The notes beneath the pieces are model-generated. The model saw only the letters and a list, made by a program, of their open reading frames with translations, did not search any database and had not been told where the DNA came from. The position numbers and the translations under genes are program-made. From contig CAWKAE010000004.1 of the NCBI GenBank assembly GCA_963847565.1, forward strand, positions 16,151 to 80,150: 64,000 nucleotides of DNA, written 5' to 3'. Source of the DNA: an uncultured Halobacteria archaeon (lineage in GTDB: Bacteria; Pseudomonadota; Gammaproteobacteria; UBA9214). How positions within the stretch are numbered: the stretch's first letter is position 1; each line of letters starts with the position of its first letter. Positions 12,056 to 25,289 of the stretch are shown here, in pieces.

Positions 12056-12688
12056 ATGGGTCGCAGCAAGAGCAGTAGCCAGTGGTTGCGCTCGCATTTT
12101 GACGATGAATACGTCAAGCGCGCGCAGCGTGAAGGCTACCGCTCGCGTGCGGTGTACAAGCTTGCAGAGATCCAGGAGAAAGACCGTCTGATACGGCCGG
12201 GTATGACTATCGTCGACCTGGGGGCTGCGCCCGGCGGCTGGTCACAGTATGCCGCCGGCATCCTCAAGCGGCAGGGTCGGATTCTGGCGATGGATATCCT
12301 GCCCATGGACAAGTTGACCGGTGTCGATTTTATCCAGGGTGATTTCAGGGAAGATGAAGTATTTGAATCGCTTATGAAAAGTCTGGGCCAGACGAAAGTA
12401 GACCTTGTTTTATCTGACATGGCACCCAATATCAGTGGTATGGGTGCCGTTGACCAGCCACGCAGTATGTACCTGGTGGAACTGGCGGTCGATTTTGCAG
12501 ACAAAGTACTGGATGAGGGCGGCACGCTGTTGTGCAAGGTTTTCCAGGGTGAAGGATTTGATCCACTGCTGGCTGTTTTACGTAGCAAATACAGCAAGGT
12601 ATTGATACGAAAACCAAAAGCATCACGTCCAAAGAGCCGCGAAGTGTACATGCTGGCACGGGGTCGAAAAGCCGCGAATGTGTCATAA
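12056..12688 (+). CDS. rlmE: 23S rRNA (uridine2552-2'-O)-methyltransferase RlmE/FtsJ
   Basis: A 210-aa ORF. The motifs RSRAVYKL and [11 protein letters not shown] are present, and the K-D-K-E catalytic residues are in the expected context. Confidence 0.95.
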   Translation: MGRSKSSSQWLRSHFDDEYVKRAQREGYRSRAVYKLAEIQEKDRLIRPGMTIVDLGAAPGGWSQYAAGILKRQGRILAMDILPMDKLTGVDFIQGDFREDEVFESLMKSLGQTKVDLVLSDMAPNISGMGAVDQPRSMYLVELAVDFADKVLDEGGTLLCKVFQGEGFDPLLAVLRSKYSKVLIRKPKASRPKSREVYMLARGRKAANVS

Positions 12689-12779
12689 TGAGTCCAAACA
12701 GCTAAAGCCACGCTTTTGACGCGCCGAGAAGCAACATGAGGCGCAATACCAATTTAAATACAGGGCCGAGGAATACGAA

Positions 12780-14699
12780 TTGAACGATCTGGCTAAAAAT
12801 CTGGTTCTCTGGATAGTTATCGCACTGGTGCTGATGACTGTTTTCAATAATTTCGGTCCACGCACGCCCAACCGGCAAAGTGTGGACTATTCGGATTTCA
12901 TCGGCGAGGTGCAGCAGGGACAGGTTCAGCGCGTCGAGATTGAAGGCCATACCGTGAAGGGTGTGCGCGTCGACGGAACCCAGTTCCTCACGCAAACGCC
13001 GCCGGATGATCCGAAGATGGTTGACGACCTGCTGAACAACAAGGTTGAGGTCAAGGTAGTCGAACCCAACCAGCACGGTCTGCTGATGACGATCTTTATC
13101 AACTGGTTCCCGATGCTGCTGTTGATCGGTGTATGGATATTCTTCATGCGCCAGATGCAGGGCGGGGCCGGTGGCCGCGGTGCCATGTCGTTTGGCAAGA
13201 GCAAGGCGCGCATGCTGGGCGAAGACCAGGTCAAGATCACATTCGCTGACGTGGCCGGCGTCGAAGAAGCCAAGGAAGAGGTTGGCGAGCTGGTCGAGTT
13301 CCTGCGCGAGCCGGGCAAGTTCCAGCGGCTTGGCGGCAAGATTCCGCGCGGTGTTCTCATGGTCGGTGCGCCCGGCACCGGCAAGACGCTGCTCGCCAGG
13401 GCGATCGCGGGCGAGGCCAAGGTGCCGTTCTTTACTATTTCCGGTTCCGACTTCGTGGAGATGTTCGTCGGTGTCGGTGCCTCACGTGTGCGCGACATGT
13501 TCGAGCAGGCCAAGAAACATGCGCCCTGTATCATATTTATAGATGAAATCGATGCCGTCGGTCGTCACCGCGGTGCCGGTCTGGGCGGCGGTCATGACGA
13601 GCGCGAGCAGACGCTTAACCAGCTGCTGGTGGAAATGGACGGCTTCGAAGGTAACGAAGGCGTCATCGTCATTGCCGCGACCAACCGTCCGGACGTACTC
13701 GATCCGGCACTGCTGCGTCCCGGTCGTTTCGACCGCCAGGTCGTGGTGCCGCTGCCGGACGTGCGCGGTCGCGAACAGATACTCAAGGTACACATGCGCA
13801 AGGTGCCGATCGACGACGACGTCAAGGCCGGTATTATCGCGCGTGCGACACCGGGTTTCTCCGGTGCTGACCTGGCAAACCTGGTCAATGAGGCAGCCCT
13901 GTTTGCCGCGCGCGGCAACAAGCGCCTGGTGGAGATGGATGATCTCGAAAAGGCCAAGGACAAGATCATGATGGGTGCGGAACGCCGCTCCATGGTGATG
14001 AGCGAAGACGAGAAGAAACTGACGGCGTACCACGAGGCGGGTCATGCCATTGTGGGTCGCTCGATGCCGATGCATGATCCGGTGTACAAGGTGACGATCA
14101 TTCCGCGTGGTCGCGCCCTCGGCGTGACCATGTTCCTGCCCGAGCAGGATCGTTACAGTCACAGCAAGGAATTCCTGGAGAGCCAGATATGCAGCCTGTT
14201 TGGCGGACGTATCGCGGAAGAACTGGTGTTCGGTCCGGACAAGGTCACGACGGGTGCGTCCAATGACATCATGCGCAGTACCGAACTGGCCCGTAACATG
14301 GTCACCAAGTGGGGCCTGTCCGACAAGCTCGGGCCACTGACCTACAGTGATGAACAGGAAGAGGTTTTCCTTGGCCACTCCGTTGCCCAGCACAAGGCGG
14401 TTTCCGACGAGACGGCGCACGATATCGACAGTGAAATCCGTGCCATCATTGACAAGTCCTATGCGCGTGCGGAGCAGATCCTCAAGGACAATCTCGACAA
14501 GCTGCATCTGATGGCCGCTGCCCTGATGAAATTCGAGACCATCGACAGCGATCAGATCGATGACATTATGTCCGGTAAAGAACCTCGCCCACCGAGTGAC
14601 TGGGACGACTCCGATACGCAAAAGCCACCATCGGGCGGTACTGTCGACACCGGCGACAAGAAGGACGGCAAGATCGGTGGTCCGGCCGGACAGCATTAA
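12780..14699 (+). CDS. ftsH: ATP-dependent zinc metalloprotease FtsH
   Basis: A 639-aa ORF with a TTG start behind GAGGA. It has the Walker A motif GAPGTGKT, an SRH region and the zinc-binding HEAGH motif. Confidence 0.97.
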   Translation: MNDLAKNLVLWIVIALVLMTVFNNFGPRTPNRQSVDYSDFIGEVQQGQVQRVEIEGHTVKGVRVDGTQFLTQTPPDDPKMVDDLLNNKVEVKVVEPNQHGLLMTIFINWFPMLLLIGVWIFFMRQMQGGAGGRGAMSFGKSKARMLGEDQVKITFADVAGVEEAKEEVGELVEFLREPGKFQRLGGKIPRGVLMVGAPGTGKTLLARAIAGEAKVPFFTISGSDFVEMFVGVGASRVRDMFEQAKKHAPCIIFIDEIDAVGRHRGAGLGGGHDEREQTLNQLLVEMDGFEGNEGVIVIAATNRPDVLDPALLRPGRFDRQVVVPLPDVRGREQILKVHMRKVPIDDDVKAGIIARATPGFSGADLANLVNEAALFAARGNKRLVEMDDLEKAKDKIMMGAERRSMVMSEDEKKLTAYHEAGHAIVGRSMPMHDPVYKVTIIPRGRALGVTMFLPEQDRYSHSKEFLESQICSLFGGRIAEELVFGPDKVTTGASNDIMRSTELARNMVTKWGLSDKLGPLTYSDEQEEVFLGHSVAQHKAVSDETAHDIDSEIRAIIDKSYARAEQILKDNLDKLHLMAAALMKFETIDSDQIDDIMSGKEPRPPSDWDDSDTQKPPSGGTVDTGDKKDGKIGGPAGQH

Positions 14700-14727
14700 G
14701 ACTATTCCCGTTCAATAAAATATTCAC

Positions 14728-14812
14728 GTCATTGCGAGCGTAGCGAAGCAATCTCTTGATTTGGAATGAACAAGATAAAGATTGCTTCGCTTGCCGCTCA
14801 CAGCGGCACGCC
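14728..14812. repeat. MITE-like element, family A copy (right end degenerate)
   Basis: It reads GTCATTGCGAGCGTAGCGAAGCAATCTCT ... AGATTGCTTCGCTTGCCGCTC. This is near-identical to the 17148-17208 segment. Confidence 0.55.
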
Positions 14813-14887
14813 ACACCACTGCTTCCCTGTAGGTATCACCCTCGCCATGACGCGGCAGGTTCTGCCTTTCAGGCCACACTCCGGCAT

Positions 14888-15763
14888 ATGACTGACACCG
14901 TCCTGATTCTCGATTGCGCGGGTAAAAAACTTGACCTGTCGCGTCCGCGTGTCATGGGCGTACTAAACGTCACACCCGACTCTTTTTCCGATGGCGGTAA
15001 ATTCGACGCAATCGACGGCGCTGTTGCGCGTGCGGTCGAGATGGTCAGCGAGGGCGCGGCTATTATCGATATTGGCGGGGAGTCCACGCGTCCGGGTGCG
15101 GCGGATGTTGATGTGGATGCCGAGCTGGCGCGTGTAATCCCGGTCATCGAGGCGCTGGCCACCACGCTCGATGTTCCGCTATCCATCGACACCCGCAAAC
15201 CGCAGGTGATGCAGGCCGCTGTGCGGGCGGGCGCGGGCATGATTAATGATGTTCAGGCACTGCAGGGCGAGGGGGCACTCGAAGTCGCCGCAAACGCCGC
15301 TGTACCGGTATGCCTGATGCATATGCAGGGCAGGCCCGGCACCATGCAGGCTGCTCCCTGTTACGATGATGTGGTGACCGAAGTGGGTGATTTCCTGGCA
15401 GCGCGAGCGGCTGCCTGTATTGCCGGTGGCATACCCCGTGAGCGACTCCTGCTTGATCCCGGCTTCGGTTTCGGCAAGACGGTTGAGCACAATTTGCTGC
15501 TGTTGCAGCAGTTACACCGGCTGGTCGAGCGGGGGTTCCCGGTGCTGGCGGGCCTGTCACGGAAGTCACTGATTGGTAAGGTACTTGGCCTGCCGGTCGA
15601 TAAACGGTTATACCCCGGTCTGTCGCTGGCGGTGATTGCCGCGTGGCAGGGCGCGCGGATTATTCGCACACACGATGTGGCGGCCACGCGCGAGGCGCTC
15701 GATATGTGCCATGCTGTTATGGCGCCCGGCAAAACGCGCTACGCGTCAGCCGAAACCGGTTAA
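14888..15763 (+). CDS. folP: Dihydropteroate synthase
   Basis: An ATG at 14888 (MTDTVLILD...). The longer track ORF from 14756 runs through the upstream MITE. Pterin-binding motifs [14 protein letters not shown] and [12 protein letters not shown] are present. Confidence 0.93.
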   Translation: MTDTVLILDCAGKKLDLSRPRVMGVLNVTPDSFSDGGKFDAIDGAVARAVEMVSEGAAIIDIGGESTRPGAADVDVDAELARVIPVIEALATTLDVPLSIDTRKPQVMQAAVRAGAGMINDVQALQGEGALEVAANAAVPVCLMHMQGRPGTMQAAPCYDDVVTEVGDFLAARAAACIAGGIPRERLLLDPGFGFGKTVEHNLLLLQQLHRLVERGFPVLAGLSRKSLIGKVLGLPVDKRLYPGLSLAVIAAWQGARIIRTHDVAATREALDMCHAVMAPGKTRYASAETG

Positions 15764-15794
15764 AAATCAGCTACAACGTCAACGGGAACAAAAC

Positions 15795-17132
15795 GTGTCA
15801 AGAAAATACTTCGGAACAGACGGAATACGGGGCCGCGTTGGCGATGAGCCCATCACGGCGGAATTCATGCTCAAGCTGGGCTGGGCCGCCGGACGTGTGC
15901 TCGGGCGCGAAGGTGTTGGCGACAGCGTCATCATCGGCAAGGACACGCGCATTTCGGGTTACATGTTTGAATCGGCACTGGAGGCCGGGTTGTCGGCTGC
16001 CGGTGTGGATATCCGTCTGCTTGGTCCGATGCCGACGCCTGCCGTTGCCTACCTGACGCGCACGCTGCATGCCTGTGCCGGCATCGTTATCAGCGCGTCG
16101 CACAATCCGTTTGCGGATAACGGTATCAAGTTCTTTTCCGGTGACGGCACCAAGCTGGATGATGCGGTCGAAGCGGCGATTGAGGCGGAAATCGACAAAC
16201 CGCTGGTGACCGTTGCCTCGGACCGCCTCGGCAAGGCCGAGCGGGTCAAGGATGCCGAAGGCCGCTATATCGAATTCTGCAAGAGCACCATACCACTGAG
16301 CATGAACATGCACGGCCTGAAAATTGTCGTCGATTGTGCCAATGGCGCCACCTACCAGGTTGCACCGAGTGTATTCAGGGAGCTGGGTGCTGATGTTATC
16401 GCGACCGGTATCGCGCCGGACGGGCTCAACATCAACCAGGCCTGTGGTTCAACCCAACCCGAACAACTGCAAAAAATGGTGCTGGAGCACAACGCAGACC
16501 TCGGTATCGCGCTCGATGGCGATGGTGATCGCATCATCATGGTTGATCACAAGGGCGAGCTGGTCGATGGTGATGAGTTGTTGTTCATCATTGCCGTATC
16601 CAGGCAGCGTGAAGGCATGCTGGGTGGCGGCGTGGTCGGCACATTGATGAGTAATCTCGGCCTGGAGCATGCCCTGTTATCCAGGGATATCGCATTCACG
16701 CGCGCGAAAGTCGGTGATCGTTATGTGCTCGAGATGCTGCAACAGACGGGCGGCCTTATCGGCGGTGAATCGTCCGGCCATATCATCTGTCTTGATCGCA
16801 CGACGACCGGGGACGGGATTGTTTCTGCGTTGCAGGTACTTGCTGCAATGAAACGTGCTGACCAGTCCCTGCATGAGCTGAAGTCCGGCATGACTAAATA
16901 TCCGCAGCACATGATCAATGTGCCGGTGAGCAGCAAGGTTGACCTGGGTAATGCCCCGGCGGTGCAGGCGGCAGTGACGTCAGCCGAGAAACGCCTGGCC
17001 GGGCGCGGCCGGGTACTGCTGCGTCCGTCAGGTACAGAGCCGGTGGTGCGCGTCATGGTCGAAGGCGAAGATGCGCACCAGGTCGTGGAAGAGGCCGACC
17101 AGCTGGCCTCGGTGGTGGCGGCGGCTGTCTAG
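15795..17132 (+). CDS. glmM: Phosphoglucosamine mutase
   Basis: A GTG start gives (M)[12 protein letters not shown]. The phosphoserine-loop sequence is SASHNP in a [11 protein letters not shown] context. The track ORF from 15636 is over-extended into folP. Confidence 0.93.
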   Translation: MSRKYFGTDGIRGRVGDEPITAEFMLKLGWAAGRVLGREGVGDSVIIGKDTRISGYMFESALEAGLSAAGVDIRLLGPMPTPAVAYLTRTLHACAGIVISASHNPFADNGIKFFSGDGTKLDDAVEAAIEAEIDKPLVTVASDRLGKAERVKDAEGRYIEFCKSTIPLSMNMHGLKIVVDCANGATYQVAPSVFRELGADVIATGIAPDGLNINQACGSTQPEQLQKMVLEHNADLGIALDGDGDRIIMVDHKGELVDGDELLFIIAVSRQREGMLGGGVVGTLMSNLGLEHALLSRDIAFTRAKVGDRYVLEMLQQTGGLIGGESSGHIICLDRTTTGDGIVSALQVLAAMKRADQSLHELKSGMTKYPQHMINVPVSSKVDLGNAPAVQAAVTSAEKRLAGRGRVLLRPSGTEPVVRVMVEGEDAHQVVEEADQLASVVAAAV

Positions 17133-17147
17133 CAAGCAAGCTGTACG

Positions 17148-17275
17148 TCATTGCGAGCGCAGCGAAGCAATCTCTGGACGGTTTGCACCATTCTTGAAGA
17201 TTGCTTCGCTGGCCGCTCCCGGCTTCCTGCCTCATGCGGCACTTGTACATCCTTGTACATCGTGCTCGCAATGAC
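17148..17275. repeat. MITE-like element, family A, most complete copy
   Basis: Terminal inverted repeats GTCATTGCGAGCG (17148-17160) and GCTCGCAATGAC (17264-17275). An internal inverted repeat CGAAGCAATCT/AGATTGCTTCG is also present. Confidence 0.6.
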
Positions 17276-17321
17276 CGGTTGTAGTCAGTTACCCGGCAAC
17301 CCGCAGGTTTTTTCTGCTGAC

Positions 17322-18414
17322 TCAGGTCGCGTCAGCCTGTTCTGAGCGCATTCCGGCGGCCTGTTCCCGGTAGTGTGTCGCCAGTTCGGTATTGCCCAGT
17401 CCGTCATACAGCACGGCCAGGTTATGTGCAGCGAGGAAGCTGCCACGGCCGTTAACGGAACCTTCCAGCGCCGGCTGGTCGCCGATTTCAAGGCATTTCG
17501 TCCAGGCGGATTCAACCATGGGTAAGATGTTCTCAACCGCCTGCGCCGGGTTCTGTGTAGCCCAGTCAAGCAACAGGTCACCCAGGGCGAAGAAAAAGTC
17601 CGGTGAATGTTGCCAGTTCGGCATTTCGGCTTCAGCCAGTTGTATGCCGCGTTCAAGCAGGCCCGCGCGCTTGAGCGAGTAAATCATGCGCAATACCAGG
17701 TCATGGCGGAAGCGTTCTGACTTGTGCGTGTGTTGCAGGGCTTGCTCATAGTAAGCGACGGCATCCGCATATTGCCCGTAGACCTCGTAGTCCTTGCCGG
17801 CCTGGTAAAGCAAATAGGCGTCGGTCGGGGTTTTCTCCAGCATCTTCAGCAACAGATTCCGGTTTCTGCCTTCTTTCAGTGCCAGTTGTGCCTGCCGGTA
17901 GCCGGCGTGATGGATGGCCAGTGGTACACGCACGCGCTGCAGGTCCGAAACCGGCTGTTCGTGAATACGCCCGTGGTAGCGAACACCGGCCGGCAGGATG
18001 CGCGGCATCCAGGATGTTGCTGTTTCGATCGTATCCTGCAGGTCGAACTCACTGGTAACAGGCACCAGTCCGATGAAGGGCTCCGCACCGAGCGTGGACG
18101 TTGCCAGGTGTTCCGCGCCGCCGGCAATGCGTTCGTCTGCATCAAGCACCAGGTTCCAGCTGGCGGGAGACAGGTCGAGTGCCTGATTGCGTGCGGCGGC
18201 AAAGTCGTCTTGCCAGGTGGAATGATGCACGTGCGCGCCGCATTGTTCAGCGATGGATACCGTCTCGTCAGTTGATCCTGTGTCGAGTACGGTTATGTGC
18301 TCTACGTGCGGTGCGGCGCTCTCGAGGCAGGCGCGAATGCAGCTGGCCTCGTTGCGGACGATCATGACCAGTGCCAGCCTGCATGTGTTTTTGTCTGCGT
18401 GTCCCTGCTTCATG
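17322..18414 (-). CDS. Family-2 glycosyltransferase with a C-terminal TPR-like domain
   Basis: The N-terminal GT2 fold reads VMIVRNEASCI...VLDTGSTDET...DADE. The C-terminal half has TPR-like repeats (YLLYQAGKDYEVYGQYADAVAYYEQAL). The start is taken at the Met beginning MKQGHADKNTC. It is the only - strand gene in the ftsH-nuo stretch. Confidence 0.75.
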
Positions 18415-18663
18415 GTGCTTCCCGTCTCCCGCGAACGGCAGACTGGCTGGTGGTGAATGCCCGGCATCATGGAATGACTCCGGTTTGAACATCAAGTTGA
18501 GGATTTAACAGGCAATGTATCGGTTTACGCGTCGTTTCGGGCCCCGGCCGCTGCGTACCGCCGCTGTGCCGCCAGCCTGGCTGCGCGGCTGCAGGGCACT
18601 ATCAATTGATTTTTCGGGACTGTGTGGCTAAGCTAGCCGGCTCTTCTATATAAGGAATTTGTT

Positions 18664-19421
<758 letters not shown>

Positions 19422-19457
19422 CAATACAGTCAGGCGCACACACTTTACGGTAACGTT

Positions 19458-19910
19458 ATGTTCTCAGTATTACTCGCAGTCCAGGTCCTGGTGTCCATCT
19501 CAATCATTGCACTGGTGATGTTGCAGCACGGCAAGGGTGCGGACATGGGTGCTGCATTCGGCAGCGGTTCTTCCGGCACCGTATTCGGTTCGCGCGGGTC
19601 GGGTTCGTTTTTCACGCGTGCGACGGGGATTCTGGCGGCAGTTTTCTTCATTAACTGCCTGCTGATTGCATCGCCCCTGGTTCGTGAAAACAAGATGGTT
19701 GGCGACAGTATTGCTGACCGGCTGGAACAACAGGTCACAGCGGATGAGCAGGCCGCTGAAACGAATGCCGTCGTCGAAGCGCTGGAGCAGCAAAGCGATC
19801 TGCCGGCCGCTACGGACATGATCAAAGAAGCAATCAAGATCGATGAAGATGTGCCGGGTGGTACCCCGCCGCAGCCGGGCAATTCGGCTGCAGATGACCT
19901 GCCGCAGTAA
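19458..19910 (+). CDS. secG: Preprotein translocase subunit SecG
   Basis: A 150-aa ORF. The N-terminal TM helix and LQHGKGADMGAAFGSGSSGTVFGSRGSGSF match the SecG family. It is followed by tRNA-Leu, as in E. coli secG-leuU. Confidence 0.92.
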   Translation: MFSVLLAVQVLVSISIIALVMLQHGKGADMGAAFGSGSSGTVFGSRGSGSFFTRATGILAAVFFINCLLIASPLVRENKMVGDSIADRLEQQVTADEQAAETNAVVEALEQQSDLPAATDMIKEAIKIDEDVPGGTPPQPGNSAADDLPQ

Positions 19911-19937
19911 TCGATCGTTATCTCGCACTGTTTTCAA

Positions 19938-20022
19938 GCCGATGTGGTGGAATTGGTAGACACGCTATCTTGAGGGGGTAGTGGCGAAAGCCGTGCCGGT
20001 TCGACTCCGGCCATCGGCACCA
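19938..20022 (+). tRNA. leuU: tRNA-Leu (anticodon GAG), type II with a long variable arm and encoded CCA
   Basis: It folds as a cloverleaf. The acceptor stem is GCCGATG/CATCGGC. The D-region is GTGGAATTGGTAGACAC and the anticodon loop is TTGAGGG. The T-arm is GCCGG-TTCGACT-CCGGC, with discriminator A and CCA. Confidence 0.9.
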
Positions 20023-20150
20023 GTCATGGTTTTTAGCGGAAATGTACCGGCCAACAGCCATACGCCTGCTGTGTCTTATCCCGTTTTTTTATGACCCCAG
20101 AAATTCACATAACAGGTTGATAAATAATAGAAATACCCGGGTTCATCAAC

Positions 20151-20179
20151 TTGACAGCCTGAGTGTGCTGGCCTAGACT
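20151..20179 (+). promoter_or_regulatory. Putative sigma-70 promoter of the nuo operon
   Basis: TTGACA-N17-TAGACT lies about 85 bp upstream of nuoA. Confidence 0.45.
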
Positions 20180-20263
20180 GCACAATCTTTTTTCACCGTC
20201 TGGCCCACATAATTCCAACGAGGCGCGGGTACGTAAACGTCCCGGCCATACGAGACGCACGAG

Positions 20264-20620
20264 ATGCTGGAAAACTATTTGCCGATTCTCATATTTATCG
20301 CCATTGGTATTGGCGTGGGTGTCGGTCCGATCCTGATTGGTTTTCTGCTCGCACCACACAAGCCGGATGCCGAAAAGAACTCGCCTTTCGAGTGTGGCTT
20401 CGAGGCATTTGAAGATACGCGCATGCAGTTCGATGTGCGCTATTACCTGGTTGCCATCCTGTTCATTATTTTCGATCTCGAGATTGCCTTCCTGTTTCCC
20501 TGGGCCGTGGTGCTCGATTCCATTGGTATGTTCGGCTTTGTCGCCATGATGATCTTCCTCGGTATCCTGGTTGTCGGGTTTATCTACGAGTGGAAGAAGG
20601 GCGCGCTGGAGTGGGAGTGA
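20264..20620 (+). CDS. nuoA: NADH-quinone oxidoreductase subunit A
   Basis: A 118-aa ORF with 3 TM helices and the motif PFECGFEAF. Confidence 0.95.
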   Translation: MLENYLPILIFIAIGIGVGVGPILIGFLLAPHKPDAEKNSPFECGFEAFEDTRMQFDVRYYLVAILFIIFDLEIAFLFPWAVVLDSIGMFGFVAMMIFLGILVVGFIYEWKKGALEWE

Positions 20621-20621
20621 C

Positions 20622-20900
20622 GACGCGAGCAGTAAGCAGGGGCCCCGCGGAGCGGGGATGCGCACGCCCGCGAGCGGCGTTGGTGTGCCGACAAACGGGA
20701 TTATCAGTTTTCGCAGCACTGGCGGAGGCACAGACGCGAGCAGTAAGCAGGGGCCCCGCGGAGCGGGGATGCGCACGCCCGCGAGCGGCGTTGGTGTGCC
20801 GACAAACGGGATTATCAGTTTTCGCAGCACTGGCGGAGGCACAGACGCGAGCAGTAAGCAGGGGCCCCGCGCAGCGGGGATGCGCACGCCCGCGAGTGAG
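20622..20900. repeat. 111-bp tandem direct repeat, about 2.5 copies, in the nuoA-nuoB spacer. Each unit carries the GC-rich palindrome CCCCGCGGAGCGGGG
   Basis: The same 111-bp unit starts at 20622, 20733 and 20844. The third copy has one SNP in the palindrome and is truncated. The spacer is inflated to 337 bp. Confidence 0.85.
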
Positions 20901-20957
20901 GTTGATGAATCAACAGGCGTGTGATGAGATTTACACAGGAATCATGGTGTCCAGTCA

Positions 20958-21434
20958 ATGAGTATCGAAGGCGTATTAAACGAAGGTTTCGTTACGACCT
21001 CGGCCGACAGCCTGATCAACTGGGCGCGTACCGGGTCGATGTGGCCGATGACCTTCGGTCTTGCCTGTTGTGCGGTCGAGATGATGCAGGCGGGTGCATC
21101 CCGTTATGACCTCGATCGCTTCGGCGTGGTGTTCCGCGGCAGCCCGCGCCAGTCCGACGTGATGATTGTTGCCGGTACCCTGTGCAACAAGATGGCGCCT
21201 GCGCTGCGCAAGGTGTACGACCAGATGGCCGAGCCGCGCTGGGTTATATCGATGGGCTCATGTGCGAACGGCGGTGGTTACTATCACTATTCATATTCGG
21301 TTGTGCGTGGTTGCGACCGAATTGTGCCGGTAGATATCTATGTGCCGGGTTGCCCGCCGACTGCCGAGGCACTGCTGTACGGGATCATCCAGCTGCAAAA
21401 CAAAATCAAGCGTACCAATACCATCGCCCGCTGA
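20958..21434 (+). CDS. nuoB: NADH-quinone oxidoreductase subunit B
   Basis: A 158-aa ORF. It has the Fe-S cluster N2 ligand cysteines ([17 protein letters not shown] and VPGCPP). Confidence 0.96.
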   Translation: MSIEGVLNEGFVTTSADSLINWARTGSMWPMTFGLACCAVEMMQAGASRYDLDRFGVVFRGSPRQSDVMIVAGTLCNKMAPALRKVYDQMAEPRWVISMGSCANGGGYYHYSYSVVRGCDRIVPVDIYVPGCPPTAEALLYGIIQLQNKIKRTNTIAR

Positions 21435-21463
21435 GTGCGGGTCGATAACAGGATAAATCCAGC

Positions 21464-22225
21464 GTGTCAGAAATATCCCGCAAACTTGCCGAACAACTGC
21501 ATGCACGCTTTGGCGATACGCTGCATGCCGTTATAGATGCAGTCGGCGAAGTCACTGTTGAGCTGGCCGGCGATGATCTGCTTGAAGTCGCGACAGCATT
21601 GCGTGATGAGCCGGCATTCGGTTTTGAAATTCTCATAGACGTGTGTGGTGTGGACTACTCGAATTACGGCAAGGATGAGTGGTCGACCGAGGAGACTTCA
21701 TCCTCCGGTTTCAGTCGCGCAGTTGAGGCCACGACACCGGGACACATGACGGCCGTCATGGACGACCTGGTGGTGGAAAAGGTGCGCTCTCCACGACGGT
21801 TCGCCGCTGTCTATCACTTGTTGTCAGTTCAAAATAATCGCCGCTTGCGCCTGAAAGTATTTGCGCCCGATGACGATTTGCCGGTTGTGCCTTCCGTTAT
21901 CGGTATCTGGAGTGTTGCCAACTGGTTCGAGCGCGAGGCTTTCGATCTTTTCGGTATTTTATTCGATGGACATCCGGACCTGCGGCGCCTGCTGACCGAT
22001 TACGGCTTTGTCGGTCACCCGTTCCGCAAGGATTTTCCGCTGAGTGGCAATGTCGAGGTGATTTACGATGCCGAGAAGAAACGCGTCGTTTACCAGCCGG
22101 TAAGTATCGAGCCGCGTGTACTTGTGCCCAAGGTGATCCGGGAAGGTGCTGTCGACTCGGTTGACCTCATGCAGCCGGTTGCCGTGGCGGAAGAACCTGA
22201 TACCGAAGAGGCGATGGAGCAGTAA
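21464..22225 (+). CDS. nuoC: NADH-quinone oxidoreductase subunit C (separate from NuoD)
   Basis: A 253-aa ORF with a 30-kDa-subunit fold ([12 protein letters not shown]). Confidence 0.93.
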   Translation: MSEISRKLAEQLHARFGDTLHAVIDAVGEVTVELAGDDLLEVATALRDEPAFGFEILIDVCGVDYSNYGKDEWSTEETSSSGFSRAVEATTPGHMTAVMDDLVVEKVRSPRRFAAVYHLLSVQNNRRLRLKVFAPDDDLPVVPSVIGIWSVANWFEREAFDLFGILFDGHPDLRRLLTDYGFVGHPFRKDFPLSGNVEVIYDAEKKRVVYQPVSIEPRVLVPKVIREGAVDSVDLMQPVAVAEEPDTEEAMEQ

Positions 22226-23478
22226 TGGCCGAGATTCGCAATTTCACCCTTAACTTCGGCCCGCAACATCCTGCCGCGCACGGGGTATTGCGCCTCGTGC
22301 TGGAAATGGACGGCGAGGTGATCGAGCGCGCCGACCCGCATATCGGTCTGCTGCACCGCGGGACCGAGAAGCTGGCCGAGAGCAAGCCGTTCAACCAGAG
22401 CATCGGTTACATGGACCGGCTCGATTACGTGTCCATGATGTGCAATGAGCACGGCTATGTGCTGGCCATGGAAAAGCTGCTCGGCATCGAGGCGCCGCTG
22501 CGTGCACAGTACATCCGGGTGATGTTCGACGAGGTGACGCGCATTCTCAATCACCTGCTGTGGCTGGGTGCGCATGGCCTCGATATCGGCGCCATGACGG
22601 TGTTCCTCTACACTTTCCGTGAACGTGAAGACCTGATGGACTGCTACGAGGCGGTCTCGGGTACACGCATGCATGCAACCTATTATCGTCCCGGTGGTGT
22701 GTACCGCGATCTGCCTGAGCAAATGCCGCAATATGAAGCATCCAGGTGGCACAGCCAGAAAGATGTTGATCGCAAGAACGAAGATCGCCAGGGTTCCTTG
22801 CTGGATTTTCTCGAGGCATTCACTGAACGCTTCCCGGGCTGTGTGGACGAGTACGAAACCCTGCTGACGGACAACCGGATCTGGAAACAGCGCACGGTCA
22901 ATATCGGTGTGGTGTCACCGGAGCGTGCCATGCAGCTCGGTTTTAGCGGACCGATGTTGCGCGGTTCCGGAATCGAGTGGGATCTGCGCAAGAAACAGCC
23001 CTACGAAGTCTATGACCGCATGCAGTTCGATATTCCGGTTGGTGTAACCGGCGACTGCTACGACCGCTACCTCGTGCGTATCGAGGAAATGCGTCAGTCG
23101 AATCGAATCATCAAGCAGTGCATCAAGTGGCTGCGCAACAATTCCGGACCGGTCATGCTGGAAGATTACAAGCTGGCGCCGCCACGACGTGAAGAGATGA
23201 AGGCGGACATGGAAGCGCTGATTCATCATTTCAAACTGTTTACAGAAGGCTTCTGCGTGCCGGCCGGTGAGGCCTATGCTGCCGTGGAACATCCCAAGGG
23301 CGAGTTCGGTGTATACCTGGTTTCCGACGGCGCCAACAAGCCATACCGGCTGAAAGTGCGTGCGCCGGGATTCGCGCACCTGTCCGCCATGGATGAAATG
23401 GTGCGTGGTCATATGCTGGCCGATGTTGTCGCCATTATCGGAACGCAGGATATTGTGTTCGGGGAGATCGACCGCTGA
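22225..23478 (+). CDS. nuoD: NADH-quinone oxidoreductase subunit D
   Basis: A 417-aa ORF with a 49-kDa subunit signature (LHRGTEKL and the C-terminal GEIDR). Confidence 0.96.
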   Translation: MAEIRNFTLNFGPQHPAAHGVLRLVLEMDGEVIERADPHIGLLHRGTEKLAESKPFNQSIGYMDRLDYVSMMCNEHGYVLAMEKLLGIEAPLRAQYIRVMFDEVTRILNHLLWLGAHGLDIGAMTVFLYTFREREDLMDCYEAVSGTRMHATYYRPGGVYRDLPEQMPQYEASRWHSQKDVDRKNEDRQGSLLDFLEAFTERFPGCVDEYETLLTDNRIWKQRTVNIGVVSPERAMQLGFSGPMLRGSGIEWDLRKKQPYEVYDRMQFDIPVGVTGDCYDRYLVRIEEMRQSNRIIKQCIKWLRNNSGPVMLEDYKLAPPRREEMKADMEALIHHFKLFTEGFCVPAGEAYAAVEHPKGEFGVYLVSDGANKPYRLKVRAPGFAHLSAMDEMVRGHMLADVVAIIGTQDIVFGEIDR

Positions 23479-23987
23479 TGAACAGTGCAGTACAACCGCG
23501 CAAGGCAGATCTTCTGACCGGCGAATCGAAAGCGCAGATCGATGCCTGGCTGGGGAAGTACCCGGCAGACCGCAAGCAGTCGGCCGTGTTGTGCGCGTTG
23601 CAGGCCGCGCAGGAGCAGAACGGTGGCTGGGTAACGCGCGACCTGATGGACGCGGTTGCCGACTATCTCGAAATGCAGCCGGTGCTGGTGTACGAGGTCG
23701 GCACGTTTTATTCCATGATCGAACTCGAGCCGGTCGGCCGGAATATGGTCGCTCTGTGTACCAATATTTCCTGCATGTTGTGCGGCGCCGGCACGATAGT
23801 CGATCACGTGGAAAAGAAACTCGGTATCAAGCTGGGCGAAACCACACCGGATGGACGCATTACGCTGAAGCTCGAGGAAGAATGCCTGGCTGCCTGTTCC
23901 GGTGGGCCGATGATGACCGTCAACGGCCATTATCACGAGCAGCTGACGCCCGGGAAAGTTGACAAGATCCTGGACGGACTGGAGTAG
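23478..23987 (+). CDS. nuoE: NADH-quinone oxidoreductase subunit E
   Basis: A 169-aa ORF. The four [2Fe-2S] ligand cysteines are CTNISCMLC and LEEECLAAC. Confidence 0.94.
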   Translation: MNSAVQPRKADLLTGESKAQIDAWLGKYPADRKQSAVLCALQAAQEQNGGWVTRDLMDAVADYLEMQPVLVYEVGTFYSMIELEPVGRNMVALCTNISCMLCGAGTIVDHVEKKLGIKLGETTPDGRITLKLEEECLAACSGGPMMTVNGHYHEQLTPGKVDKILDGLE

Positions 23988-23990
23988 GTA

Positions 23991-25285
<1,295 letters not shown>

Positions 25286-25289
<4 letters not shown>

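Noticed and set aside
14756-15763. Long 5' extensions of folP (from 14756), glmM (from 15636), grpE (552), rimP (43012), rbfA (47619) and cbbY-like (59432) in the ORF track
   Set aside because: Homology to the protein families starts at downstream ATG/GTG/TTG codons with RBS-like context. The extensions run through MITEs or overlap the upstream gene.
20622-20900. CRISPR array
   Set aside because: The repeats are contiguous 111-bp units with no unique spacers between them. No cas genes are nearby.
20571-20961. Repeat-containing ORFs across the nuoA-nuoB spacer (20571..20924 +, 20590..20961 +, 20105..20887 -), which translate the 111-bp unit into 37-aa repeats
   Set aside because: The repeat unit is a multiple of 3, so it stays open in several frames at once. 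The ORFs overlap one another, overlap nuoA or nuoB, and lack start-codon or RBS context. The region is better explained as an extragenic tandem repeat.
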